Source of the DNA: Vulcanimicrobiota bacterium
GTDB taxonomy: Bacteria > Vulcanimicrobiota > Vulcanimicrobiia > Vulcanimicrobiales > Vulcanimicrobiaceae
Direction of reading: 5' to 3'
DNA: 64,000 bases
Assembly (NCBI GenBank): GCA_963695225.1
Contig: OY968762.1
Location: 1,056,001-1,120,000, forward strand
Shown: positions 1-10,531 of the stretch, piece by piece
Layout: each line of letters begins with the position of its first letter
Position numbering within the stretch: position 1 is the stretch's first letter
The notes under the pieces: generated by a model
What the model saw: the letters and a program-made list of their open reading frames with translations, nothing else
Database searches by the model: none
What the model was told of the DNA's origin: nothing
Made by a program: the position numbers and the translations under genes

Positions 1-32
1 GGAAGACGGCAGCCCGCAAGAAAAAGGCCTAA
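1..32 (+). CDS. 3' end of an upstream gene (partial; ...KTAARKKKA*)
   Basis: Lys/Ala-rich reading frame ending in TAA at 30-32, followed by a strong hairpin. Confidence 0.4.
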   Translation, partial: KTAARKKKA

Positions 33-50
33 CGGATCGGCCGAACGTCG

Positions 51-86
51 AGAAGAGAGCGATCGCAGACGCGATCGCTCTCTTCT
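51..86. terminator. Probable bidirectional intrinsic terminator
   Basis: Perfect 16-bp inverted repeat AGAAGAGAGCGATCGC-agac-GCGATCGCTCTCTTCT between convergent genes. Confidence 0.75.
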
Positions 87-109
87 ATTTCTGCGCCCTG
101 CGTCCGCGA

Positions 110-1150
110 CTAGACGATGACGGCGGGGCCGCGCGTAAGATCCGGCGCGGCGCCCGCGTGCTCCTCGACCCAGTGACACGCGGCGTAGTGCGAGCTCGCA
201 TAGGGCACGAACGCCGGGATTTCGACCTTGCAGCGATCGAACGCAATCGGGCAGCGCGTGTGAAAGCGGCAGCCCGACGGGGGATTCACGGGCGAGGGAA
301 TGTCTCCCGAGAGGATGATCCGCTTGCGGCGAGCTTCGATCGACGGGTCCGGAATCGGAATCGCCGAGAGCAGCGCTTGCGTGTACGGGTGGAGCGGACG
401 CTCGTAGAGGTCGCTCCGGTCCGCGATCTCGACGATCTTGCCGACGTACATGACGGCGACGCGCGTCGAGATGTGCCGGACGACCGAGAGGTCGTGCGCG
501 ATGAAGAGGTACGTCAGGCCGAACTGCTGCTGCAGATCCTGGAGCAGGTTGATGACCTGCGCCTGGATCGAAACGTCGAGCGCGGAAACGGGCTCGTCGG
601 CGACGATGAACTTCGGATCGACCGCGAGCGCGCGCGCGATTCCGACGCGCTGGCGCTGCCCGCCGGAGAACTCGTGCGGGTAGCGGTTCGCATGGTACGG
701 TTGCAGCCCGACGAGCCGGAGCAACTCCTGCGTACGCGCCTCCGCCGCCTTTCCGGTCGCGATCCCGTGGATCTGGAGCGGCTCTCCGATGATGTCGCCG
801 ACCGTCATGCGCGGGTTGAGCGAGGCGTACGGATCCTGGAAGATGATCTGCATCTCTTTGCGGAGCTTGCGAAGATCTTCACGCCCGAGGCCGAGGATGC
901 TCCGCCCCTCGAAGAGGACGTCGCCCGACGTCGCCTCGAGCAAACGCAGCACGACGCGGCCCGCCGTCGTCTTCCCCGAGCCGGATTCTCCGACGAGTCC
1001 GAGCGTCTCCCCGCGTTTGATCGCGAAATCGATGCCGTCGACGGCCTTGACGTCGCCGACGTGCCTCGAGAAGACGCCGGCGCGAATCGGAAAGTACTTG
1101 TGCAGGTCGCGGACTTCGACGAGCGGCGCCTGCGTGCCGGGCTCCGTCAC
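110..1150 (-). CDS. oppF: Oligopeptide/dipeptide ABC transporter ATPase (OppF/DppF)
   Basis: Walker [17 protein letters not shown] signature, C-terminal oligo_HPY (HPYT...GCRFHTRC); GTG start overlaps the oppD stop (GTGA). Confidence 0.9.
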   Translation of the reverse strand: MTEPGTQAPLVEVRDLHKYFPIRAGVFSRHVGDVKAVDGIDFAIKRGETLGLVGESGSGKTTAGRVVLRLLEATSGDVLFEGRSILGLGREDLRKLRKEMQIIFQDPYASLNPRMTVGDIIGEPLQIHGIATGKAAEARTQELLRLVGLQPYHANRYPHEFSGGQRQRVGIARALAVDPKFIVADEPVSALDVSIQAQVINLLQDLQQQFGLTYLFIAHDLSVVRHISTRVAVMYVGKIVEIADRSDLYERPLHPYTQALLSAIPIPDPSIEARRKRIILSGDIPSPVNPPSGCRFHTRCPIAFDRCKVEIPAFVPYASSHYAACHWVEEHAGAAPDLTRGPAVIV

Positions 1151-2187
1151 GGTGCGAGCGCCGTCGGTGCGGTCGTGCGCTGCGGGGCCGATGCGACCGC
1201 GAGCGTCCGCTCGCTCGCCGTCCGCTCGTCGTAGAGGAAGCACCGGGCGACGTGCCCGTCGCCGAAATCGTATTCGGGCACGGGCTGGTCGCAGATCGGC
1301 ATCCGGTACTTGCAGCGCGGAGCGAAGGCGCAGCCGGGCGGCAGGCGCAACAGATTCGGCGGCTGTCCGTCGATCGGCACGAGCCGGTTACGCCCCGTTT
1401 CGTCGACCCGCGGAAGGGAGGCGAGGAGGCCCATCGTGTACGGATGCCGCGGGGTCGCGAAGATCTGCTGGGCGGTCCCGAACTCGACCATGCTCCCCGC
1501 GTACATCACGAGCACGTTCTTGCACGTTTCCGCGACGACGCCGAGATCGTGCGTGATCAGGATGATCGCGGACCCCGTACGGCGTTGCATCTCGTTCATC
1601 AGCTCGATGATCTGGGCTTGGATCGTCACGTCGAGGGCCGTCGTCGGCTCGTCGGCGATCAGGACGGCGGGATCGCACGAGAGCGCCATCGCGATCATCA
1701 CCCGCTGCCGCATCCCGCCCGAGAACTGGTGCGGATAATCGCGGACGCGCTTCTCGGCCGAAGGAATGCGCACGAGGCGCAACATGTCGATCGTCTTCTC
1801 CAGCGCCTCCTTCTTCGGCATCGCCAGGTGAAGTTGGATCGCTTCCATGATCTGGTCGCCGATCGTGAGGACCGGGTTCAGCGAGGTCATCGGATCCTGG
1901 AAGATCATCGCGACGTCCTTGCCGCGAATCTTGCGCATGTCGGCCTCGCTCTTGGCGAGCAGGTTCTCGCCGCGCAGCTTGATCGTCCCGCCCTCGATTC
2001 GCCCGGGGGGAACGGGGATCAGGCGCATGATCGAGAGCGCGTTGACGGACTTACCCGAGCCCGATTCTCCCACGATCCCGAGCGTCGCCCCACCTTCGAC
2101 GGAGTACGAAAGACCGTTGACGGCCCGAACGGGCCCGTCGTCGGTCTTGAAGCTCACGCGCAGATTGTCGACCTCGAGCAACGCCAC
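1147..2187 (-). CDS. oppD: Oligopeptide/dipeptide ABC transporter ATPase (OppD/DppD)
   Basis: [38 protein letters not shown]. Confidence 0.9.
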   Translation of the reverse strand: MALLEVDNLRVSFKTDDGPVRAVNGLSYSVEGGATLGIVGESGSGKSVNALSIMRLIPVPPGRIEGGTIKLRGENLLAKSEADMRKIRGKDVAMIFQDPMTSLNPVLTIGDQIMEAIQLHLAMPKKEALEKTIDMLRLVRIPSAEKRVRDYPHQFSGGMRQRVMIAMALSCDPAVLIADEPTTALDVTIQAQIIELMNEMQRRTGSAIILITHDLGVVAETCKNVLVMYAGSMVEFGTAQQIFATPRHPYTMGLLASLPRVDETGRNRLVPIDGQPPNLLRLPPGCAFAPRCKYRMPICDQPVPEYDFGDGHVARCFLYDERTASERTLAVASAPQRTTAPTALAP

Positions 2188-2193
2188 CGGCGG

Positions 2194-2592
2194 CTAGATA
2201 CCCGAGAGGGAAACGATCGTCGCGAGGACCACGAACGCGATCGCCACGAACGACGTCAGGCGCGCGAGCTGCTGATCGAATCCCATCCGCGGACGATACG
2301 CCGACTCCACCCGGCCGCCGAGCGTCCCGCTGAGCCCCTCTTGCTTCGTCGTTTGGATCGCGAGCAGCACGATCAGGCCGAGTGCCGAGAGCACGAACAG
2401 CGTTGCGAACGCGTGCGTCACCCAAGGATAGTTCAACGCGAGCGGCGTCTTCGTCAACGTCGAGAACTGGAAGTTCTGGACGTTGGCGGGCAGCGGCGCG
2501 GGCGTGAGCGCGGCAGCCGGCGGGGTCGGCAAGCCGGCGACGGGCACCGCTTGACCGAGCACGGGGAAAAGGAACGACGGCAGCGAGATCAC
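2194..2592 (-). CDS. secG: Preprotein translocase SecG with Pro-rich N-terminal extension
   Basis: Two TM helices flanking [18 protein letters not shown]...FDQQLARLT; start uncertain (GTG 2592 after GGAG). Confidence 0.7.
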   Translation of the reverse strand: MISLPSFLFPVLGQAVPVAGLPTPPAAALTPAPLPANVQNFQFSTLTKTPLALNYPWVTHAFATLFVLSALGLIVLLAIQTTKQEGLSGTLGGRVESAYRPRMGFDQQLARLTSFVAIAFVVLATIVSLSGI

Positions 2593-2674
2593 GATCGAGG
2601 AGACTCCAAGGAAAGAGAAACGGCCTGCAAACCGCACCATTTTGGGGATTCCGGCGGCTGGTCCCTTTCGCCGC

Positions 2675-4630
2675 TTACCGCACCGATGCCGCTTCGACCG
2701 CCCGCAGGCGCGCCGCGACGTGCTCCCCGGTCAGCCCGAAGAGGGCCCGCTGCTTGGCCTGGGAGTTGTGCTGCACGAGGACGCCGGGGATGCCGAGGCG
2801 CTCGATGTGGACCTCGAGCCCGCGGTCCGTCGCGAACTCCGCGACCGCGGCTCCGAAGCCGCCGGCGAGAGAGTGCTCTTCCAGCGTCACGAAACGAGAG
2901 TGCGTTTGCGCTAGTTCCAGGAGCAGCTTCTCGTCGAGCGGCTTCGCGAAGCGCATGTTCACCACGGTCGGCAAATCCGCTCGAGGCGTGCGCGGGTGCC
3001 CGTTTTGGGGCACGCCGAGCGCGGCGGCGGGGGCCCCGATCGCGGCGTCTCCCGCGGCGAGCAGCGCGTAGGCGTCAAGTGCGGCATCGACCGTGTTCCC
3101 GAGCGCTAGGAGCGCGACGCCTCTGCCGCGGCGCAACACCTCGGCGCGCCCCTGCTCGACGGGCGCAAGCGCGTCGACGTGCGTGCCGCTCGAATTCCCC
3201 CTAGGATAGCGGATCGCGACCGGCCCGTCGAGCGAGATCGCGTGCTGCAACATCGGCAGCACCTCGCTTTCGTTACGCGGGGCCATGATCGTCATGTTCG
3301 GCAACGTGCGCAGGTAGGCGATGTCGTACAGCCCCATGTGCGTCGGCCCGTCGTCTCCTGCGACGCCGGCGCGGTCGAGGCAGAAGACGACCGGCAGATT
3401 CTGGATGACGACGTCGTGGACGATCTGATCGTACGCGCGTTGCATGAACGTCGAGTAGATCGCGCAGACCGGCTTCAATCCGCCGGCCGCCGCACCCGCG
3501 GCGAAGCAAACCGCGTGCGCCTCAGCAATCCCGACGTCGAAATAGCGCTCCGGGAACTTCCGTGCGAACCCGGAAAGGCCCGTGCCGTCCGGCATCGCCG
3601 CCGTGATGCCGATGATGCGCTTGTCGTATTCGGCGAGTTGCGTGAGCGCGCTCCCAAACGCCGCGGAGAACGTCGGACGGGAGTCCTTCTTCTCGATCTT
3701 CCCTTCGTCGGGCGAGTATGCGTTCGCGCCGACGCCGTGGAACGTGCGGGCATCGGTCTCGGCGGGCGTGAAGCCCTTCCCCTTGATCGTGCGCACGTGG
3801 AGCAGCACGGGCCCCTGGATCTTGCGCGCGTTCGAGACGACGTCGCAGAGGACGTCGTAATCGTGACCGTCGATCGGCCCCAGATAGCGGAACCCCATCT
3901 CCTCGAAGATGACGGCAGCCTTTTCGTCCGGATACCAGAAACGCATCGTCGCGACCTCGGCGGTCGAGAGCGCCTTGAGCGCGCGGTCGCCGAAGGGGAT
4001 CGCGCCGAGGATGTCCTTCGTCTTCGAACGGGCGAAATTGAACAGCGGCTTCGAGCGCAGCACGCCGAGATGGGAGGCGATCGACCCGACGTTCGGCGCG
4101 ATCGACATCGCGTTGTCGTTGAGGATCACGATGAAGTTCGATTTCAGCTCGCCGGCGTTGTTGAGCGCTTCGTAGGCGAGGCCGCCCGTCAGGGCGCCGT
4201 CCCCGAGCACCGCGACGATCGTCTCGCTCGTGCCGGCCAAGTCGCGCGCGGTCGCAAGGCCGAGCGCGGCCGAGACCGACGTCGAAGCGTGCCCCGCTCC
4301 GAAACAATCGTAGACGGATTCGCTTCGCATCGCGAAGCCCGAGATGCCGCCGCCCTGCCGGACCGTGTGAAAGCGGTCGCGGCGGCCGGTCACGATCTTG
4401 TGCACGTAGGCCTGGTGGCTGACGTCCCAGACGATCTTGTCCTTGGGCGCGTCCAGGACCGAATGGAGCGCCAGGGTCAACTCGACGACGCCGAGGTTCG
4501 GCGCGAGGTGCCCGCCGTTCTTGGCACAGGTCTCTACGAGGAGGTCCCGGATCTCTTTGGCGAGGACGTCGACCTCGGGGCGGGTGAGCGCCCGGAGATC
4601 GCGGGGCGACTCGATGCGCTCGACGATCAT
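2675..4630 (-). CDS. dxs: 1-deoxy-D-xylulose-5-phosphate synthase
   Basis: GGHLAPNLGVVEL, WDVSHQAYVHK, GDGALTGG TPP motif, DRAG..GDDGPTH, IRYPRG. Confidence 0.95.
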   Translation of the reverse strand: MIVERIESPRDLRALTRPEVDVLAKEIRDLLVETCAKNGGHLAPNLGVVELTLALHSVLDAPKDKIVWDVSHQAYVHKIVTGRRDRFHTVRQGGGISGFAMRSESVYDCFGAGHASTSVSAALGLATARDLAGTSETIVAVLGDGALTGGLAYEALNNAGELKSNFIVILNDNAMSIAPNVGSIASHLGVLRSKPLFNFARSKTKDILGAIPFGDRALKALSTAEVATMRFWYPDEKAAVIFEEMGFRYLGPIDGHDYDVLCDVVSNARKIQGPVLLHVRTIKGKGFTPAETDARTFHGVGANAYSPDEGKIEKKDSRPTFSAAFGSALTQLAEYDKRIIGITAAMPDGTGLSGFARKFPERYFDVGIAEAHAVCFAAGAAAGGLKPVCAIYSTFMQRAYDQIVHDVVIQNLPVVFCLDRAGVAGDDGPTHMGLYDIAYLRTLPNMTIMAPRNESEVLPMLQHAISLDGPVAIRYPRGNSSGTHVDALAPVEQGRAEVLRRGRGVALLALGNTVDAALDAYALLAAGDAAIGAPAAALGVPQNGHPRTPRADLPTVVNMRFAKPLDEKLLLELAQTHSRFVTLEEHSLAGGFGAAVAEFATDRGLEVHIERLGIPGVLVQHNSQAKQRALFGLTGEHVAARLRAVEAASVR

Positions 4631-4715
4631 ACTCCTAGGTTAGACGACGCCCGGGGGGTTGACCCGCCGGAAGGACCGGCAAGGACTTTCGGCCTGCCTC
4701 TCGCATTGAGCGGTC

Positions 4716-5354
4716 GTGCTGCCGTCCCGTGAGGCCGTCCCAGCGCCCACAGGGCTGCGCCGGCGCCGCGTCCTGGTCGATATCGCGCGCATCTTCTCGA
4801 CGGTCTGCAATCCGTTCGCGACCGCGCTGGCGCTTTTCGTCATCTTGGCGCACGCCTTCGCGCACGATCTCGGCACGTTCTGGTTCCTGCTCTTCACGAG
4901 CACGTTCTTCACATCGATCGGGCCGATGCTGTTCGTCTTCCGGCTCTACTCGGCGGGGAAGATCTCCGACCTCGACATGTCGATCCGCAGCGAACGCGAG
5001 GCGGTGTTCAGCGTGTTCGTGATCTTCTATTTCCTGGGGACGATCGCGCTCGCGCTCGTCCGCGCGCCGACGATGCTCGTCGCCACGATGGCCGGCTACA
5101 CGGCGAGCGCGCTCGTCGTGCAGTTCATCACGCGCTACTGGAAGATCAGCACGCACGCGCTCGGCATCACGGCCCCGCTGACCGCGCTCGTCTATCTCTA
5201 CGGCTGGGCGCCGCTCCCGTTCCTGTCGCTGATCCCGATCGTCGGCTGGTCGCGCGTCTACCTACGCGCGCACACGCTGATGCAGGTCGTGGCGGGAACG
5301 GCGCTCGGCCTCATCTCCGTCGTGCTGTTCTTCCGTCTGTTCCGACTCCTGTAA
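4716..5354 (+). CDS. PAP2-like multi-TM membrane protein
   Basis: About 6 TM helices with WKISTH and SRVYLRAHT motifs. Confidence 0.65.
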   Translation: MLPSREAVPAPTGLRRRRVLVDIARIFSTVCNPFATALALFVILAHAFAHDLGTFWFLLFTSTFFTSIGPMLFVFRLYSAGKISDLDMSIRSEREAVFSVFVIFYFLGTIALALVRAPTMLVATMAGYTASALVVQFITRYWKISTHALGITAPLTALVYLYGWAPLPFLSLIPIVGWSRVYLRAHTLMQVVAGTALGLISVVLFFRLFRLL

Positions 5355-6107
5355 CCCGCCGACGATCTGCTGCACGGCCGTCGCAAACGGCGCGAGCGGC
5401 CCGTTCGTGACGAAGCGCGTTCGCCCGCCGGCTACCGGCCCCAGCGCGAGCTTGGGAGCGCGACCGCGGGCGAATGCGACCGCGCGCGCCGCCTGTGCGA
5501 GCGAAGGGTCCAGACGCGGCAGAGCGGACCCGAACGCGGCCTCGAAGTGTTCGTCGAGCAAGGGGTAATGCGTGCATGCAAGGACGAGGACGTCGAGCGG
5601 ACGCACGAACGGCGCGCATGCCTCAAGGACGGCCGCCCGCGCGACGGGCCCCGTGAGGATGCCGGCTTCGACGAGCGGGACGAGTGCGGGCGCGCCGACT
5701 TCCTGCACCTCGGCCGCCGGGACGCGCGCGCGGATCGCCGCGCCGTACTCCCCGCTGTTTGCGGTCGCCTTCGTTCCGATCACCCCGATGCGGCGCGCGC
5801 CGAGATTCGCGACGGCCTCGGCCGCCGCGTCGATCAGATCGAGGATCGGGACGCTTGCGGGCGGCCAACCGTAGCGGCGCCCGATCGCGCACGTCGTATT
5901 GCAGCCCATCACGATCGCGTCGACGCCTTGCGCTTCGAGATACTCCACGTTACGGCGCAGCAGCCCGCGCAGTTCCTCGACACTGCGGCCGCCATACGGT
6001 ACGTGCGCCTGATCGGCGAAATAGAGCAGCGGCTCCTCGGGGAGTTCCGCGCGCACGCGGCGCAGCACGGTCAACCCGCCGAGCCCCGAATCGAAGATGC
6101 CGATCAC
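5262..6107 (-). CDS. murI: Glutamate racemase
   Basis: IGIFDSGLGG, MGCNTT, LACTHYP; GTG start overlaps the amidase stop. Confidence 0.93.
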   Translation of the reverse strand: MIGIFDSGLGGLTVLRRVRAELPEEPLLYFADQAHVPYGGRSVEELRGLLRRNVEYLEAQGVDAIVMGCNTTCAIGRRYGWPPASVPILDLIDAAAEAVANLGARRIGVIGTKATANSGEYGAAIRARVPAAEVQEVGAPALVPLVEAGILTGPVARAAVLEACAPFVRPLDVLVLACTHYPLLDEHFEAAFGSALPRLDPSLAQAARAVAFARGRAPKLALGPVAGGRTRFVTNGPLAPFATAVQQIVGGLQESEQTEEQHDGDEAERRSRHDLHQRVRA

Positions 6108-8161
6108 TGAGCGGCGCTCGACGTCGTCACGGGATTCCCCGCGTAATCGTCGATCCCGTCGGCGAGCGCGACGGCGACTTTCTGGCGGAATTCCGGCGTC
6201 GCGAGCCGCGCCGCGTCGGCGCGATTCGAGACGAACGCCGTTTCGACGAGGGCCGCGGGCATCGTCGCGTGCCGGTTCACGTAGAAGTTCGCGTGGCGCA
6301 CGCCGTCGTCCGTCGTCCCGAGCGAGGCGATCAGGCGCCGCTGCAGCGATCGCGCGAGCGGCGTGTCCGTCCCCTTGTAGTAGTACGTCGTCGTTCCGTT
6401 CAAACTCGAATCCGTGAAGCTGTTGATGTGGATGCTCAAGAAGAGCCGGGCCCCCGCATTGTTCGCGACGTCGCAACGCGCCTGCAATTCGTCGACGGCC
6501 GATGCGTTCGGGCCGAAAACGTCCTCGTCGGTCTCGCGCGTCATCTTCACGGTCCAGCCGCGCGCGACGAGCAGGTCCCGCAGGCGCTTGGCGATATCGA
6601 GCGTGAGCGTCTTCTCGGACAACCCGAAATGCTGCGCGCCGGGATCGCTCCCCCCGTGCCCCGGGTCGATGACGATCAGCTTCGGGTTCGGCGCGTTGTA
6701 CCCCGGCCCCCCGATCGCCCCCCCCGGGAAGGGCGGCGGTGCGGGGGCGTCGGGCGGCGTCACGGCGAGGGTCCCGCCCGGCGTGACGCGGCCGGCTCCG
6801 ACCCGCTGCGGGTCCTCGTCGTCGAGCGAATCGACCGAGATCCGGACGCCCTCGGACGTCGAGCTCAACTCGATCTTCCGGGGGCTCGAAAGCGAGAGCG
6901 AGATGCGGACGACCGGGAGCGGGTCCTTCGCGAACTGCCGGATGCGCATCGAGGTCGCCGCGGTCGTATCCTGGAGGTCCTCGTCGCGCGCCGGCATCGC
7001 GAGCGTGGCGCCCTTGAGATCGAGGTACCAGCGCTGGTCCGGGAGGCGGTGCCATTCGTACGCGACGGGCGCGCTAAGCGAAACTCGGACGTCGAGCGAG
7101 TCGCCGGCGCCGTGCGCCTCGACGGCGGTCACGGTCGCCGCTTGCGGCGGTCCGGCGTCGGCGGGGCCGATGGTCGCGGTCGCGTCCGGAGTCGGGGCGG
7201 GCGGCGCCGGCGTCGCCACGGCGCGCGCCGGGAGCGGAGCGGACGCCGCCGCGTTCGGGACGGGGGGCGGAGGCCGGCGGGCGGCATTCCCAGCCTCGGG
7301 CGCCGGGACGAAGGCGACGCCGGGGGCGGGCGGGCTCAGGGAGCTGGGAATCGGGGTCCCCGCGAGCGCCGCCCCGGGCGGCCCGAACGCGAAGGCGACT
7401 TCGTTCGGCGACTGGGCGGGCAGGAGCGTCCGGACGGCACCCGGCGGCAGTTCGAACGAGACCGTCGTCGTTGGGTTCTTCGGGTTCCCGCTTGCGAGGA
7501 CGTTGATCTCGCCGAGCCCCGGGGTGGCCACGATCCGGCTCTGTTCGAGCGACGAACCTACGCCGGAGAACGCGAGCGCAACCTGGTCGCGCACCGCGTT
7601 GAGCGCACGCGTGAAGCGAAGCGGCGTCGCGCCCCGCAGGGTCACGTACGTCGTCTTCCCTTCCACGCGCAACTCGAGGCTGCCGAGGCGCGGCTGCAGA
7701 ACGGTCTCGTTCCCAAGCTCGATCGGCTCGACGTACAGCGCCTTCGCGAGTGCGACGAACGGAACGAACGCCTCGCCGCCGCTCGCGTACGGTGCGAACG
7801 GTGCCGATGCGCCGAGGCTGCCGTTGCGAAAATGCTCGTCGCCGAGCGAAAACGCGATCGTGCGCCGGTCCGCGCTCGTCACGACGACGTAGCGCTCGCC
7901 GGATTCGTAGGAGATCGTCGCGCCGACGCGCGCCGCGAACGAACGCAGGCCGGGATCGTTCGTGCCGACCGCGAGGTCGTCGCCGCGCATCTGCGCGTGG
8001 TCGAAGATCAGGCGCGTTCCCGCGAACCAAAGATTCGACGATGCGCCGGCTGCCCGGGCGGGGACGCCTCCGAGCGTCCACGCGACGGCAAGCGCCGCGA
8101 GCGCGAGCGGCGCCGTCGTACGGCGAAGCCGGCTACCAGCTCGAGCGAGTAAGCGGCTCAT
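6104..8161 (-). CDS. N-acetylmuramoyl-L-alanine amidase (Amidase_3) with signal peptide and AMIN-like domains
   Basis: IVIDPGHGGSDPGA, SEK, LSIHIN, PAALVETAFVSN; Pro/Ala linker. Confidence 0.88.
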   Translation of the reverse strand: MSRLLARAGSRLRRTTAPLALAALAVAWTLGGVPARAAGASSNLWFAGTRLIFDHAQMRGDDLAVGTNDPGLRSFAARVGATISYESGERYVVVTSADRRTIAFSLGDEHFRNGSLGASAPFAPYASGGEAFVPFVALAKALYVEPIELGNETVLQPRLGSLELRVEGKTTYVTLRGATPLRFTRALNAVRDQVALAFSGVGSSLEQSRIVATPGLGEINVLASGNPKNPTTTVSFELPPGAVRTLLPAQSPNEVAFAFGPPGAALAGTPIPSSLSPPAPGVAFVPAPEAGNAARRPPPPVPNAAASAPLPARAVATPAPPAPTPDATATIGPADAGPPQAATVTAVEAHGAGDSLDVRVSLSAPVAYEWHRLPDQRWYLDLKGATLAMPARDEDLQDTTAATSMRIRQFAKDPLPVVRISLSLSSPRKIELSSTSEGVRISVDSLDDEDPQRVGAGRVTPGGTLAVTPPDAPAPPPFPGGAIGGPGYNAPNPKLIVIDPGHGGSDPGAQHFGLSEKTLTLDIAKRLRDLLVARGWTVKMTRETDEDVFGPNASAVDELQARCDVANNAGARLFLSIHINSFTDSSLNGTTTYYYKGTDTPLARSLQRRLIASLGTTDDGVRHANFYVNRHATMPAALVETAFVSNRADAARLATPEFRQKVAVALADGIDDYAGNPVTTSSAAQ

Positions 8162-8642
8162 CGAGTTCAAGGTGACCTCCCGGCAGCGTGGCCACGCGCG
8201 TTCCGTCGATCCTGATCCGTACCGACGTGATCGGCGGTAATGCGGTGAGTGTCCAGACGAGTGCTTTGAACTCCCCGATTTCGGCGAAGCTGCCGCCGGG
8301 GTTGCTCGCGACCGCGCCGCCGAGGTCGACGACCGCCGTCGACTCGAGGACGCTCACGCCGCGCACGGTCGTACCTTGCGGAAACCGGACTGCGGGCGCG
8401 CCTTCCGGCGGGCCCGCAACCGCGTGCGTCGCCGCCAAGAACGCGAGGCTCTTGATGTCGCGCGCGCTTCCCGCCGCGACGGGCCACGCGGCGAGCGTCT
8501 GCCCATCCGGTTTGCAATAGTAGATCGTCAGGCGTCCGCCCGTTGCCGGCGCCGGGTGCGGCCGATCGATCGCGAAGCGATAGAACAGCAGCCCAAGTGC
8601 AAAAGCGGCCACGAGCGCGATTCCCGCGCGCAGCACTCTCAT
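8133..8642 (-). CDS. GerMN-domain membrane-anchored protein
   Basis: N-terminal TM; AVVDL...GGSFAE...LVWTLTALPPITSVRIRIDG...GHLELDEPL. Confidence 0.75.
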   Translation of the reverse strand: MRVLRAGIALVAAFALGLLFYRFAIDRPHPAPATGGRLTIYYCKPDGQTLAAWPVAAGSARDIKSLAFLAATHAVAGPPEGAPAVRFPQGTTVRGVSVLESTAVVDLGGAVASNPGGSFAEIGEFKALVWTLTALPPITSVRIRIDGTRVATLPGGHLELDEPLTRSSW

Positions 8643-8704
8643 TGCTTGCGACGTTCGCGCGGCGCGCGGGCGCGGCCTCCCTCGCGCGCGCGCCTTGCGC
8701 GAGC

Positions 8705-9964
8705 TCACGCGGGTCGAGCCGCCGCGCGCGGAGCGAACCGCACGCCGATGAACAACACCATCAGAGCCGCCACGATGCACAACCCTCCCGAGATGTAGAA
8801 CGCGGCATCGTACGAGCTCGTCGCAGTGCGAATCGATCCGGCGAGATACGCGATCGCGCCCGCTCCAAGTTGGTGCGAGGCGGAGATCCAGCCGAACGTG
8901 ATCGCCGCGCGCTCGCGCCCGAACGCATCGGTCGCGAGCTTGAGCGTCGGCGGAACGGTTGCGATCCAGTCGAGGCCGTAGAAGACGGCGAACGCAGGCA
9001 AGCCGAGCGCGCCGATGCCGAACGCCTGCGGTAAGAAAAAGAGCGAGCATCCGCGCAGCCCGTAATAGGCGAACAAGAGGTACCGCGAATTGAAGCGGTC
9101 GGAGAGCCAGCCCGAGGCCGTCGTCCCGACCAGATCGAAAACGCCCATCGCGGCGAGCAGCCCCGCGGCGCGAATCTCGGGGATCCCGTGATCGCCGCAG
9201 GCGGGGACGAGATGTGTCCCGATCAATCCGTTCGTGCTCGCGCCGCAGATGAAAAAGCTGCCCGCCAACAGCCAGAAGTCGCGCGAGCGCATCCCGTCGG
9301 TCAGCGCGGAGAGCGCGGTCGCAAAGGGGTTCGCCGCCGGCGGCACGCGCGGCACCACCGCGCTCGCGCCGTACGGGGGAACGCCGAGATCGGCGGGCCG
9401 TTCTCGCAAACCGAAGAGGACGAGCGGGATCAACGCGACGCAGATCGCGGAGATCGTGAACGTCACCGCACGCCAGCCGGACCACGTCACCAACTGCCCG
9501 TAAAGCGGTAAGAAGACCAATTGCCCCGTCGCATTGCTCGCCGTCAAGACGCCCATCACCGTGCCCCGGTTCGTTTCGAACCAACGGTTGACGATCGTCG
9601 CACCCAACACGAGTCCGATCGAGCCGGTGCCGAGGCCCACGAAGATGCCCCACAGCAAGAAGAGCTGCCACGGTTCGCGGACGAACGCGGAGAGCGCCCA
9701 CGCGAGCGAGAGCACGAACAGCGCCCAGCACAGCGTCGCGCGCATTCCGAAGCGCTCGAACAGCGCCGCGGCGAAGGGGCCCATCAAGCCGAACAGCGCG
9801 ATGTTCACGCCGATCGCGAGCGAGATCGTCGCCGCCGACCAATGAAACTCCGTTTCGAGCGGACGAATCAACATCGTCGGCGCCGAACGCACGCCCGCAG
9901 CGCAAATCGCAAGTACGAACGCGATGGCGGCCGCGATCCAAGCCGGATGCACGTGAGGCTTCAT
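8705..9964 (-). CDS. MFS transporter
   Basis: About 12 TM helices; GWLSDRF motif A; YGLDWIATVPPT. Confidence 0.85.
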   Translation of the reverse strand: MKPHVHPAWIAAAIAFVLAICAAGVRSAPTMLIRPLETEFHWSAATISLAIGVNIALFGLMGPFAAALFERFGMRATLCWALFVLSLAWALSAFVREPWQLFLLWGIFVGLGTGSIGLVLGATIVNRWFETNRGTVMGVLTASNATGQLVFLPLYGQLVTWSGWRAVTFTISAICVALIPLVLFGLRERPADLGVPPYGASAVVPRVPPAANPFATALSALTDGMRSRDFWLLAGSFFICGASTNGLIGTHLVPACGDHGIPEIRAAGLLAAMGVFDLVGTTASGWLSDRFNSRYLLFAYYGLRGCSLFFLPQAFGIGALGLPAFAVFYGLDWIATVPPTLKLATDAFGRERAAITFGWISASHQLGAGAIAYLAGSIRTATSSYDAAFYISGGLCIVAALMVLFIGVRFAPRAAARPA

Positions 9965-10033
9965 ATCGCAGGAGTATAGCCTGAAGCGAGGTACATTTAC
10001 CACCAAACGCTCGACACGCAATCTGGAGGCGTT

Positions 10034-10528
10034 GTGCGCGAGACCATCCCCTTGATCAGCTCAAGCGTGAAGGGGCCGCTCGGCATTTGTCATCTGCCGC
10101 GGCTGTGGCTCAAGATTCTGTTGCACGCGAGCGGTCGGCTCCCTGAGGGGTACCGGCACGGCGCCGGCGGCTTCGACGAGATGACGTGCGCGCATCTCGG
10201 CATCAAAGCGGCGGATCTCGTTCGCTTCATCGAGGGGCGCCGGCCCACGTATCTCGAGTGCGAAGAGTGGGTGCGCAAGAACGCGAAGAAGCTTTCCGCG
10301 GCGACGATCGAGGAACATAACGAGTCGATCTTGACGTGGGAAAAATCGGCGAACTTGGCCGCCGAACAGCGGGAAACGATCGGTATATCCGAGGGTTCCC
10401 TCGTGAACGCCGTCGCCCTCAACGACCTCGAGGATTGGACGCGCATCCATCGCGCGCTCGAGGCGCTCCGCCCGAAATTCTCGACGCGCTCTTCGATGCC
10501 GGCGCCGGCGGCGGCCGACGAGGAGTAA
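10034..10528 (+). CDS. DUF5069-like protein
   Basis: GPLGICHLPRLWLK...G.GFD...LNDLEDW pattern. Confidence 0.6.
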   Translation: MRETIPLISSSVKGPLGICHLPRLWLKILLHASGRLPEGYRHGAGGFDEMTCAHLGIKAADLVRFIEGRRPTYLECEEWVRKNAKKLSAATIEEHNESILTWEKSANLAAEQRETIGISEGSLVNAVALNDLEDWTRIHRALEALRPKFSTRSSMPAPAAADEE

Positions 10529-10531
10529 GCC

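Noticed and set aside
5262..7055. ORF-track 597-aa frame suggesting a long murI fusion
   Set aside because: The N-terminal half overlaps the amidase gene out of frame; MurI starts at GTG 6107.
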